Positions 17,762 to 26,635 of a DNA stretch of 64,000 nt are shown here, in pieces. The position numbers and the translations under genes are program-made. Each line of letters begins with the position of its first letter. The first letter of the stretch is position 1. The notes below the pieces were generated by a model. The model did not search any database. It was not told the origin of the DNA and was given only the letters and a program-made list of their open reading frames with translations. Location: the NCBI GenBank assembly GCA_963674755.2, contig CAXXVS010000003.1, positions 896,001 through 960,000 of the forward strand, read 5' to 3'. The DNA comes from Desulfobacterales bacterium (GTDB lineage: Bacteria > Desulfobacterota > Desulfobacteria > Desulfobacterales > UBA5852).

Positions 17762-19729
17762 TTAAAATCCGAAATGATAGCTGGTGGAGAAAACAAGCGT
17801 GATCATCGCGTCATTTTCCGTATCGTCCGTCAGGCGGTCGCGGGAGTAAAAATAGCGGCCCTCCAATCCCACGGAGGGGTTGGCGAAGCCGTAGAAGTCG
17901 TCTGTAATCGTATAGGTCAGCTTGGCGATGGTATCCAGAGAAACCATGTCGATGCTGTCGTCGCTGGTTTCGTTGGTGGTGTACGTGCCGGCCAGGTCAT
18001 AGGTGAGTTTGTCTTTGATGATCGTTCCGTTCAGGTTGAGGCTGGCCGTGAAGGTGTCCGTATTCACATCGGTGGTCTCATCGGTGACCCGGGTCCAGTT
18101 CAGGCCGGCGGCCGTGCTGATCCATTCGGAATAATAGGCGGGTGTCAAACCCAACGAGAGAATGCGGCTGTCGTAATCCGCATCGGTCTTGTCGTCGCGT
18201 TCGGCGTAAGTCCCGGAGAGGCCCACGGAATAGCTTTCTTTGAAGTATCCGAGGGTGGTCGTGAAGGTATCGGTGGCGGCATCCACCTTTACCAGCTCAT
18301 CCGGCTCATGGCTGCTCTTTTCGAGATTCCGTAAATACCCCAAGGTGGCCGTGATGTTGCCGAACCGGCCGAGGGTATAGTCGATGGCCCCATCCGTATA
18401 GGTGATGCGGGGATACAGGCGATCGTTCTCCACATTGTCGTGATAGCGCGCCAAGGTGATCTGGATGGCATCGTTGTCAAAGTTGAAGCCGCCGTTGGCG
18501 CGGATTTCTTCCCTGTCGTTGACCGTCCCGGAAGCGCCGATGACCTCATAGTCAGGGCTGATGTACTGGTAGGAGGCCCCGTAGGTGAATTGTTCGTAAT
18601 AGCCGCTGGCGGCAAAACGGTAGGCGTGGCCGGTTTGCGAGGAGAATTCGTCCGACGTATTGAAGTCGTAATCGGAATAGCCTCCTTCGGCTTCCAGCAG
18701 CAGGCGCTGATCGAAGAGGTTCGACTGCAACAAGACGCCCGCCGCGTCACCCTTCCGGGCTCCCGAATCCACAGTCCAAATATTGTAGGAATCCTTTTCC
18801 ACGCCACCGGTGAGATAGGCGGCCTTGACATTCATAAGCCCTGAGAACAGATCGGCGGTTCCGCTAAAAGCGCTGATGCTGTCGTCAGAGGAGTCGCTCA
18901 GGCCCAATCCGCCATTGAAACCGAAGAGATCCCGGCTGCTGGTATTCGACGCCCGGAAGGCATAGTCGCCGTAGGTGACGCCGGCCGCGCCACCGCGCCG
19001 GGAGAGCCCCTGAATGAGATAGGGCGTGAGGTCGATGGGGATGTCGCCGACTTCGGTATAGGCCTTCATGTCATCCTGGGTGTAGCTGGCGGTGAGCAGG
19101 AAATCGGCCAGATTGACCCCGGATTCTTGGGGCGGCGGTACGGGCTGGTTTTGCTTCAGGTACCACAGATTGCCGTCGGCCGTCGCTTCGAAGCCGCCCT
19201 CCTTGATCTTGGATGACGAACTGAGATTGCCGGTGACCTGATAGTTGGATTCGTCTTCGAAGCGTCCCCGACGGTAGACGGCCGACCGGTAGACCGCCCC
19301 GACGTCATTGTTCGAATACGCTTCCTCGAATTGCCCCGAATGGCGGCTGTGAAACGATTTTTGTTCTTCCACCTGTGTGCCGTCGGCGTAATAGACGATC
19401 ACCATGAGAAGATGATCGCCGGAGGGCAACGGCTCGATGGGCTGATAGATGAAATCATACTGGTCCTGCCGCACCAGGGCCGTGATATCGGTACCGTCGA
19501 GGATGGCCAGATAGCCTTCGACGTTTTCCAGACTTGAAAACCGGAACCGGATAACAGGCTGTTTGCCGACCACGGTCGACTGCTCCTGGGGGTCGATCAG
19601 TTCGATAATGCCCGAGGGATTGCTTTCCGCAGAAGATTCGCCGGCGGCGAGGGCGGGCACCGCCCGTGACGCCCAAGCCATTACAAATAAAAGCACCAAC
19701 AGAATCGGAAGGGAAGGTGTCTTTCGCAT
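17762..19729 (-). CDS. Predicted outer-membrane beta-barrel protein with N-terminal Ig-like domain
   Basis: Signal peptide; ~500 aa of Tyr/Asp/Gly/Ser-rich amphipathic strands; C-terminus FSTSYHFGF ending in Phe (BAM-type beta signal). Confidence 0.7.
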   Translation of the reverse strand: MRKTPSLPILLVLLFVMAWASRAVPALAAGESSAESNPSGIIELIDPQEQSTVVGKQPVIRFRFSSLENVEGYLAILDGTDITALVRQDQYDFIYQPIEPLPSGDHLLMVIVYYADGTQVEEQKSFHSRHSGQFEEAYSNNDVGAVYRSAVYRRGRFEDESNYQVTGNLSSSSKIKEGGFEATADGNLWYLKQNQPVPPPQESGVNLADFLLTASYTQDDMKAYTEVGDIPIDLTPYLIQGLSRRGGAAGVTYGDYAFRASNTSSRDLFGFNGGLGLSDSSDDSISAFSGTADLFSGLMNVKAAYLTGGVEKDSYNIWTVDSGARKGDAAGVLLQSNLFDQRLLLEAEGGYSDYDFNTSDEFSSQTGHAYRFAASGYYEQFTYGASYQYISPDYEVIGASGTVNDREEIRANGGFNFDNDAIQITLARYHDNVENDRLYPRITYTDGAIDYTLGRFGNITATLGYLRNLEKSSHEPDELVKVDAATDTFTTTLGYFKESYSVGLSGTYAERDDKTDADYDSRILSLGLTPAYYSEWISTAAGLNWTRVTDETTDVNTDTFTASLNLNGTIIKDKLTYDLAGTYTTNETSDDSIDMVSLDTIAKLTYTITDDFYGFANPSVGLEGRYFYSRDRLTDDTENDAMITLVFSTSYHFGF

Positions 19730-20012
19730 AGAACGCTCATCAGCTGGGGTGGCAGATTCAGTATTCCGGCTCAGTGACGGGTCTTCAAATCGATTGTCAC
19801 GGGAAAATTGTGTAATGGCGCTTGGTTCCATAACCTATCTTACTAATGGGATGCTGTCAATTCGGCGGTGGTGTACTTGCAACGATGCCCCTTACTTGGC
19901 AAACACGGCCCATCGCCCAAAGGTTTCAGGTGGGGCCGGAATCGTTTCGCTTAGGATTTCAGTACTTCTTTTCCCGTCCCGGGTCCTGTGAAACCCTGGG
20001 GGGTGTCCGCGG

Positions 20013-21128
20013 TCAGTTCAGGGTGATGATCTTCTCGTGTAGCTTGATGTTGGAAGGTTTCAACAGCACATGCACCTTCAACCGCGTTCCGGGGGGCACG
20101 GAATAAGCGCTGTAGTCTCCGACGAGTTGGACCGTGCCCTCGGCGGGGATGGTTTCAGTGGACCAGATGGTCATGCCCTGCTGACCGTTTTCCAGCGGCC
20201 AGCCGGCAATGCCCACCGGCAGCGGCAGGGCGGTGTTGTTTTTGACCGTCGCTACCCATTGCCGGGTTCCCGGGTACCAGGTGATATCCTGCACGATCGC
20301 TTTGATCTTTGACCGGTCGGCGGGTTTCGTCATGTTTCCGATGGTGGGTTTCAAGGACAGGTTGTAGGTGTCCAGCACAGCGTAGCCGGGCTGCTGCCCC
20401 GCGGTCTCATCCCTGAAAATGGCTTGCAGGCCAATGGGGGCGGCCACATTGCTCATCCCGGAGCACGAGGTGCCGCTACCGGCCGGAATGACCTTGGTCA
20501 TTTCAGCGCCGGCGCGTCCATCGGAAGCGATCGGACGCACCGACACTCTAAGGGCATAGGCCGTATTGTTCTTCAAGCTCGTGGTCCACTTGTGCTTGGC
20601 CGGATCGAATGCGGCCCTGGTGATGTCGACATCGAGGGGGGGGACATCGGTGGTCATCGAATCCAGCAGGACGCCTTCGTAATGCATTTCAAGTTGGAGC
20701 CGGATGGCCGAACTCGACCGGTTCCATCCATAGCATCCGGTCATTGACTGGCCGGGGCGAAGTTCCAGGCCCGTGTTGACGGTATGAACCGGAATCCGCC
20801 CCCCGTTCTGCAGAATCTGGAAGGTTTTGAATTGCGCCTGCCGGAGGTTAAGGGTTGCCGCGCCGGTGTTTTGAATATCATATGTGAATAACCACTTGCC
20901 GGAGGGCTCCGTTCGGAATCCAATGGCTTTAATTTTCGCTTCCCGTTTGAGTTCGAAGGCCTGTTTCTCGAGCGGCGCCTTGATGGGGAGCGCGGGTTTT
21001 TTCGGGAGCGCGGTCTTATTGAGGGTTCGCGCATCCGCTGCCCATAGTAGACCCGGGAAAAGTCCCACCATCAGCACACCCAGGAAAAGTTTTTTCCGAA
21101 ACGACCGCACGACGGTTTTTACGCTCAT
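20013..21128 (-). CDS. Secreted protein with three tandem Ig-like repeats
   Basis: Signal peptide ending LWA; repeats KWLFTYDIQNTG / KWTTSLKNNT / QWVATVKNNT; RBS gaggag. Confidence 0.7.
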   Translation of the reverse strand: MSVKTVVRSFRKKLFLGVLMVGLFPGLLWAADARTLNKTALPKKPALPIKAPLEKQAFELKREAKIKAIGFRTEPSGKWLFTYDIQNTGAATLNLRQAQFKTFQILQNGGRIPVHTVNTGLELRPGQSMTGCYGWNRSSSAIRLQLEMHYEGVLLDSMTTDVPPLDVDITRAAFDPAKHKWTTSLKNNTAYALRVSVRPIASDGRAGAEMTKVIPAGSGTSCSGMSNVAAPIGLQAIFRDETAGQQPGYAVLDTYNLSLKPTIGNMTKPADRSKIKAIVQDITWYPGTRQWVATVKNNTALPLPVGIAGWPLENGQQGMTIWSTETIPAEGTVQLVGDYSAYSVPPGTRLKVHVLLKPSNIKLHEKIITLN

Positions 21129-21231
21129 TGGTTTTCTCCTCGATTGCTTTTTGTATTCAGGTTCAGGTTTCGATGACCGCATCAAATTCATATGCGCAGG
21201 TCACTGAGCCGTAAAAGGCGTTCGGGACTAC

Positions 21232-21257
21232 GTGACCCTTTGGATGCAAAAGGTTCA
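21232..21257 (-). promoter_or_regulatory. Candidate ECF-sigma promoter (TGAACC-N16-TCAC) for the 20013..21128 gene
   Basis: Minus strand TGAACC TTTTGCATCCAAAGGG TCAC. Confidence 0.5.
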
Positions 21258-21300
21258 AAAAAAAAGGGGCGGCCACGGTTGGGCGGGTTCCCCGCGACCG
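21257..21300 (-). terminator. Intrinsic-terminator-like hairpin with T9 tail
   Basis: Minus strand cggtcgcgg-N13-ccgtggccg, then cccc and nine T. Confidence 0.5.
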
Positions 21301-21549
21301 TTTCCTGCGCAAAGGCCATTGCCCGGCAGGGAACCACCTGCGGCAGGCGATAGCGAACCGAAGCCTTCTGCGAGATGTCAAATGGCCCCATCCTGAACGG
21401 TTTTTCAGAAGAAAATGCCCGGTACCTATCGTCAGGAAAGGGAAATGTCTTATGTTTGGGGAATAGACTTTATGCGAGCGGCCAGGACCCGGCGCATGGA
21501 CCCTGCGGTCCTGACCAAGGAAGCCTTTTCCCAAGAAAGGAGCAACACC

Positions 21550-22131
21550 ATGAGTGCCAAAAAAATCTTGATGCTGGTCGGCGATTTTGTCGAGGATTAT
21601 GAAGTGATGGTGCCCTTCCAGGCCCTTCTGATGGTGGGGCATACCGTACATGCGGTCTGCCCCGACAAGAAGGCGGGCGAGACGGTGCGCACGGCGGTCC
21701 ACGATTTCGAGGGCGACCAGACCTATAGCGAAAAGCCGGGGCACAATTTCGCCCTGAACGCCACCTTTGACGAGATCAGGGCCGAAGACTACGATGCCCT
21801 GGTCATTCCCGGCGGGCGTGCGCCGGAATATATCCGCCTGAACGAAAAGGTGCTCGCCATCGTGCGCCATTTCGCCGAGGCCGGCAAGCCCATGGCCGCC
21901 ATTTGTCACGGCGCCCAGGTATTGGCCGCAGCCGGGGTGGTCGCCGGCAAAAGCTGCTCGGCCTACCCGGCCGTAGGGCCGGACGTCACCCGGGCCGGGG
22001 GCACTTATATGGACATCCCGGTGGACAAAGCCCATGTGGACGGCAATCTGGTCAGCGCGCCGGCCTGGCCGGCCCATCCGGATTGGCTGGCTAAATTCCT
22101 GAAGGTGTTGGGGACCAAGATCGAACCCTGA
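21550..22131 (+). CDS. DJ-1/PfpI family protein
   Basis: [17 protein letters not shown], nucleophile AICHG; RBS aaggag. Confidence 0.93.
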   Translation: MSAKKILMLVGDFVEDYEVMVPFQALLMVGHTVHAVCPDKKAGETVRTAVHDFEGDQTYSEKPGHNFALNATFDEIRAEDYDALVIPGGRAPEYIRLNEKVLAIVRHFAEAGKPMAAICHGAQVLAAAGVVAGKSCSAYPAVGPDVTRAGGTYMDIPVDKAHVDGNLVSAPAWPAHPDWLAKFLKVLGTKIEP

Positions 22132-22291
22132 CGCTATGAATGACAAAACCTGACTGCCACCGAGATCCGCGCGGATGCGGGTTGTTTGCCCAGCGCAGCT
22201 TCCCGCGTCCCTGTGGTATTCCGCCGGAGGCCTGCGTACGAAAACGCTGCCCGGGCATACGTGGGCCCGGATCTAATGAGGACGTTTGGCT

Positions 22292-23770
22292 ATGAGCCCG
22301 AAACCGGTCCCCGGCCTGGACGCGCATTCGCCTGATGCCGATATGCAAGCCCTGCGGGCGCGTTGCCGGGCGCTTGAAGATACCCTGGCGCGCATGGAGC
22401 AGCGCAACCGGCTGCTGGGGGACAGTGCGCCTTTCGGCATTTTTACGATCGACCACGAAGGCTGCATCAACGGGCTCAACAACAAAATGCGCACCATTCT
22501 GGGATGGCCCGCGGCACCCCACCCGCCGGAGGCCAGCGCCTTTGAACTGCCCATGTTCATGGAAACCGGTGTCGGCGATGACCTGCGTCTGTGCCTGAAG
22601 ACGGGCCGCGCCGCTATCAAGGCCCACCCCTGCCTCAACCATCGGGACGAGTGCCTGCAGCTGCGCTTTCACATGAGCCCGGTAATGAATGCCGCCAACC
22701 AGGTCGAGGGCGTGATCGTGTTCGTGGAAGACTTCTCCCTCATGCAGGAGGCGGCCGAGGCCGTCCGGGAAATCGATCACCGCTACCACGTCCTGTTTCA
22801 CTCGGCGCCGGTGGCCATGATCGAGAGGGATGCTTCCCAGCTCAAGCGCCATATCGAAGAACTCCGCAGCCGGGGCATCGACGATCTGGAAGTCTATTTT
22901 AAGGAAAATCCGGAGGAGGTCCTGAACTGCATCCAACAGGTCAAGACCATCGATTTCAACCGGGCCTTCATGGACCTGCTGGACGCCGACAACCGGCAGG
23001 ATTTATCGTTTGGCGTATCTTGGGGCGATCCGCAGGAATTCAGGGCGTTGGCGCGGGAAGTCATCCTCATGATTGCCGGCGGTGATATCCGGGAGGAACG
23101 GGAACGGGTGATCACCTCCCTTAAAGGCCGGCGCAAAACCGTCTTGACCAAGGGGCTGGCGGTTTCGGGCTATGAGGATACCCTGTCGCGCCTGATCATC
23201 ACCTTGGTGGACATCAGCAAGCGCAAGGAGGCGGAAGATGCCCTGCGTGAAAGCGAGCGCCAATTTCGGGAACTGGCCCTGCGGGACACCCTTACCGGTC
23301 TGTACAACCGCCGTTTTCTCTACCAGTCACTGCCCGCGCTGATTGCCTCCGGTCGCTACGACAGCCGCGGGATAGCCTTGATTTTCATGGATCTGGATAA
23401 TTTCAAAAGAATCGTGGATACCCACGGTCATCTCCACGGCAGCCAGGTCATCAAGGAGGTGGCCGCCACTATCCGGGCGCCTCTGGTTTCACCGGCCTAC
23501 GCCGTCGCTTATGCCGGCGACGAATTTGTAGTGGTGCTGCCGGGCTGCGATCTCCTCCAAGCCCGGGAAATGGCGGCGCGTATCCAACAGGACATTCGAG
23601 AGGCGCTCTACCTGCAACAGGAGGATTTGAAGGTCCGGGTAAAAGCCAGCATGGGGCTGGCCGCCTATCCGGCCCAGGCCAAGGATGCCGGCGAGTTGCT
23701 GGCCTTTGCGGACCAAGCGTTGTTTGCCATGAAGGTTCGGGGTAAAGACGGCGTCAGGGTGTATGGATAA
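22292..23770 (+). CDS. PAS-PAS-GGDEF diguanylate cyclase (AGDEF variant)
   Basis: Two PAS-like regions, DTLTGLYNRR, DLDNFKRIVDTHGH, YAGDEF. Confidence 0.9.
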   Translation: MSPKPVPGLDAHSPDADMQALRARCRALEDTLARMEQRNRLLGDSAPFGIFTIDHEGCINGLNNKMRTILGWPAAPHPPEASAFELPMFMETGVGDDLRLCLKTGRAAIKAHPCLNHRDECLQLRFHMSPVMNAANQVEGVIVFVEDFSLMQEAAEAVREIDHRYHVLFHSAPVAMIERDASQLKRHIEELRSRGIDDLEVYFKENPEEVLNCIQQVKTIDFNRAFMDLLDADNRQDLSFGVSWGDPQEFRALAREVILMIAGGDIREERERVITSLKGRRKTVLTKGLAVSGYEDTLSRLIITLVDISKRKEAEDALRESERQFRELALRDTLTGLYNRRFLYQSLPALIASGRYDSRGIALIFMDLDNFKRIVDTHGHLHGSQVIKEVAATIRAPLVSPAYAVAYAGDEFVVVLPGCDLLQAREMAARIQQDIREALYLQQEDLKVRVKASMGLAAYPAQAKDAGELLAFADQALFAMKVRGKDGVRVYG

Positions 23771-23799
23771 AGGGTCCGGTTTTTCCCATCGGAAGGTTG

Positions 23800-24444
23800 C
23801 TATACAGGGGCGGGCAGGTTGAGGGCCTGGAGACGGCAGCCGGCCGGCCGCAGTGCGATGATGCTCAGAGCCCCGTAAGCGACGCCGACGGAGAAGAGGT
23901 TTTCCAGGGGCATCCCCAGCAGGCGGCAGAGCAGCACACGGATCACTCCGGCGTGGGTCACCACGAGGGTCCGGCGTTGGGGTTGACAGAGCCGTTCTTC
24001 GAAGAAGGGCCATACGCGACGATCGAGATCCCGGAAGGATTCCCCGCCGGGCGGGCGGTGGTCGGCGATGCAGCGGCCACGCTGCTGAAAGGCCTGGGGA
24101 TCACGGCCTTGAATGGCGGCAAAGGACTGGCCCTCCCATGCGCCCAGTGCGATCTCCCGCAGTTCCGGCCGGGCCCGGGGCGTTTGCTGGCTGGCCGCGC
24201 CAATGATTCGGGCGGTATCCAGGCAGCGGGAAAGGTCGCTGCAAACAATCGTATCCAGTTTCACCGTGGCAAAATAGGCGGCCCAGGCCTCGGCTTGCAC
24301 GCGCCCCCTGCCGCTCAGGGGCCGATCCCCCTGACCGATATAGTGGCGGCCTGCACCGGTTTTTTCCACGTCGCCGTGGCGCAGGAGAAAAAGCCGGCCG
24401 CTGTCTTCGGTGCCGTTTGGAGGCTGCGTCGGCGCGACGGTCAT
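23800..24444 (-). CDS. Histidine phosphatase family protein (CobC/PGM-like)
   Basis: LLRHG, SDLSRC, LREIALGAWEG, GGES, VTHAGVIR. Confidence 0.92.
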   Translation of the reverse strand: MTVAPTQPPNGTEDSGRLFLLRHGDVEKTGAGRHYIGQGDRPLSGRGRVQAEAWAAYFATVKLDTIVCSDLSRCLDTARIIGAASQQTPRARPELREIALGAWEGQSFAAIQGRDPQAFQQRGRCIADHRPPGGESFRDLDRRVWPFFEERLCQPQRRTLVVTHAGVIRVLLCRLLGMPLENLFSVGVAYGALSIIALRPAGCRLQALNLPAPV

Positions 24445-25592
24445 CTCTCCATCTCCCCGTGATTTTCTGTTTCCCCAATAATGGTCATGAGGGCGCGGCC
24501 CGCAGCCGTTTCCACCTTGGCCTGCACGCGCCGGGCATTGTCCCGGCGGCGGGCGATGGCGGCGGCCACATCCGGGTCCCGGCCGTATTTGTCCATCTTA
24601 CGGCCAAAGCGCTCTTCAAGATCCACCAGCCGGTCGCCCGCCGCCAGTTTGTCCGCCAGAAAAACGATCTGGGCCTCGTCGAGGGGGGCTTCCCCATCCA
24701 CCGCCAGATCCATGTGATCGGCCACCAGGGGGGCCAGACGGGGGAACCCGTGGGTTTCGAGCAACCGCGCTCCGGCCCGGGCGTGGTCGGGTTGGGTACG
24801 GGCGATGTCATGGAGCAGGGCCGCGGCTTCGGTCAGCTCGCTGTCGATAGAGACCCCGGCCGCCGCGAGGGCGTCCGCCAGACGCCGGGCGATCGCCGCT
24901 ACGGCCCGGCAGTGGGCCACGACATCCGCCGGCAGTTTCTGAATGCCCTCCATCAATACCCGAACTTCGGCGGCGGAAGGTAGATCGCCGCGGAGCGACC
25001 GGGCCTGGAGGCGGCGGTAGTCGGCGGGGGTGTCCATATCCATCAGGACGGCTTCATCCGCCACGGGAAGCTCTCGGCTGGCGGCCTCCCGGTCTTGCAG
25101 GCAAGCGCGCAGGCCGCCGGTCCCCTTCCAGGATAAAATTCCCGGTATCAGGTCGCGCTGGATCAGCGTGGGGTGCCCGCGTCGATCATCGAAAAGCGGG
25201 TAAAGAATAGCCGGCCTCCAGGCCTGGAAGGCGTCAACCAGCCGGCGGATCGTATGGGGACGGACCAGGGGGATGTCCGCCGGGTGGATGAAGAAGGCCG
25301 GGCAGGATGCGGGCAGCGCCCGGATACCTGCCTGCACCGAAGAGAACATGCCCTGGCAGTACTGCTTGTTCTCGACACAGGACACCTTCAGGGGCGCCAA
25401 GGTCTGCTGGAGCTCGTCCGCGCGGTGACCCGTCACGACGATCAGATCGCTGATTCCGGCGGAAAGGAAGGCCTGAGCCACGCGTTCGATGGCCCTGCCT
25501 GAGCCGATCGGCAGCAACGGTTTGAACCGCTCCATACGGCTTGATTGTCCGGCCGCCAGGATGACGGCCGCGATGGCGCTAGTGCCTTTCAC
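24441..25592 (-). CDS. MocA-like NTP transferase fused to HD domain (DVU_1551-like)
   Basis: ILAAGQSSRM..KPLL, GHP, DMDTPADY, then H...AALLHD...H...DK; GTG start coupled to xdhC stop. Confidence 0.88.
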   Translation of the reverse strand: MKGTSAIAAVILAAGQSSRMERFKPLLPIGSGRAIERVAQAFLSAGISDLIVVTGHRADELQQTLAPLKVSCVENKQYCQGMFSSVQAGIRALPASCPAFFIHPADIPLVRPHTIRRLVDAFQAWRPAILYPLFDDRRGHPTLIQRDLIPGILSWKGTGGLRACLQDREAASRELPVADEAVLMDMDTPADYRRLQARSLRGDLPSAAEVRVLMEGIQKLPADVVAHCRAVAAIARRLADALAAAGVSIDSELTEAAALLHDIARTQPDHARAGARLLETHGFPRLAPLVADHMDLAVDGEAPLDEAQIVFLADKLAAGDRLVDLEERFGRKMDKYGRDPDVAAAIARRRDNARRVQAKVETAAGRALMTIIGETENHGEMER

Positions 25593-26635
25593 GGAGCATC
25601 CCCCGCCCGGACGGCGATGAGCTCGGCCACGATGCTTACCGCAATTTCCTCCGGGGTTTGGGCCCCGATGGCCAGACCAATGGGGGAATGGACCCGGTCG
25701 ATGGCCGTCTGGGCAATTCCCTGGTTGAGAAGGTTGCGGTAGATGGTCGCCCGTTTTTTGCGGCTGCCGATCATGCCGATGTAGCCGGCGTTGGTGGCCA
25801 GGGCGCCGGCCAGGACGTTCTGGTCGTGCAGATGGCCCCGGGTCAGGATCATCACGAAGTCGTCCGCACCCGGCGCCGGACCGTCGAAGGCCTGATCGAA
25901 GTTCTCCAACAAATGGATCGCGTGAGCATCGGGGAAGCGCTCCCGGTTGGCGAATTCCCGGCGGTCGTCGTAGACATGCACCCGGAAGCCCACCAGAGCG
26001 GCCAGGTGGGCCGTGGGCCGGGCCACATGGCCGGCGCCGAAGAGATGGGCGGCGCACACCCGCCCGGCCGGCTCCACCACCACGAAGGCGCCGTCGAAAG
26101 CCAGGGTTTTGGCCCCCGGCGTAGCGGCCGCCGCCATGATTTCCTCCCGTTCGAAGCCGGTCAGGGGAAAGGTCCCCTGGAGGTCGCCACCGGCCTCAAT
26201 CAGGCAATGGGTGACCCGGTCCACCGTCTCCCCTTCCGCTATAACGTTGGTTAAAAAGCACCCCGGTGCGCCTTCGGCGATGATCTGCCGCCACTTTTCG
26301 AAGATCGCCCGGTCGGCATTGCCGGGAATCACGCAGTCCAGGAGCACCTCGGCTTGCCCGCCGCAGATCATGTCCATGGAAGCGACGGTGTCGTAGCTCA
26401 GATCAAACGGCATGACGGCCGATTGCCCGCGGGGAATCAGTTCCACGGCCCGGGCCATGACCCCGGCCTCCAAAAGGCCGCCGCCGATGGTGCCGATGCC
26501 TCGGCCGTCGGCCGTGACGATCATTTTGCTGCCGGCTGTCCGGGGGGTGGAGCCTATGTGGCTGATAATCGTGGCCAGTACGAAGGGCGCCCCGCTATCG
26601 AGCAGTCGGCAGGCCTCCTCGGCGATCGTTTTCAT
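25589..26635 (-). CDS. XdhC-family molybdoenzyme maturation factor
   Basis: GSTPRTAG, GTIGGG, MICGG, GAGHVA, YIGMIGS, PIGLAIGAQTPEEIAVSI. Confidence 0.93.
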   Translation of the reverse strand: MKTIAEEACRLLDSGAPFVLATIISHIGSTPRTAGSKMIVTADGRGIGTIGGGLLEAGVMARAVELIPRGQSAVMPFDLSYDTVASMDMICGGQAEVLLDCVIPGNADRAIFEKWRQIIAEGAPGCFLTNVIAEGETVDRVTHCLIEAGGDLQGTFPLTGFEREEIMAAAATPGAKTLAFDGAFVVVEPAGRVCAAHLFGAGHVARPTAHLAALVGFRVHVYDDRREFANRERFPDAHAIHLLENFDQAFDGPAPGADDFVMILTRGHLHDQNVLAGALATNAGYIGMIGSRKKRATIYRNLLNQGIAQTAIDRVHSPIGLAIGAQTPEEIAVSIVAELIAVRAGDAP

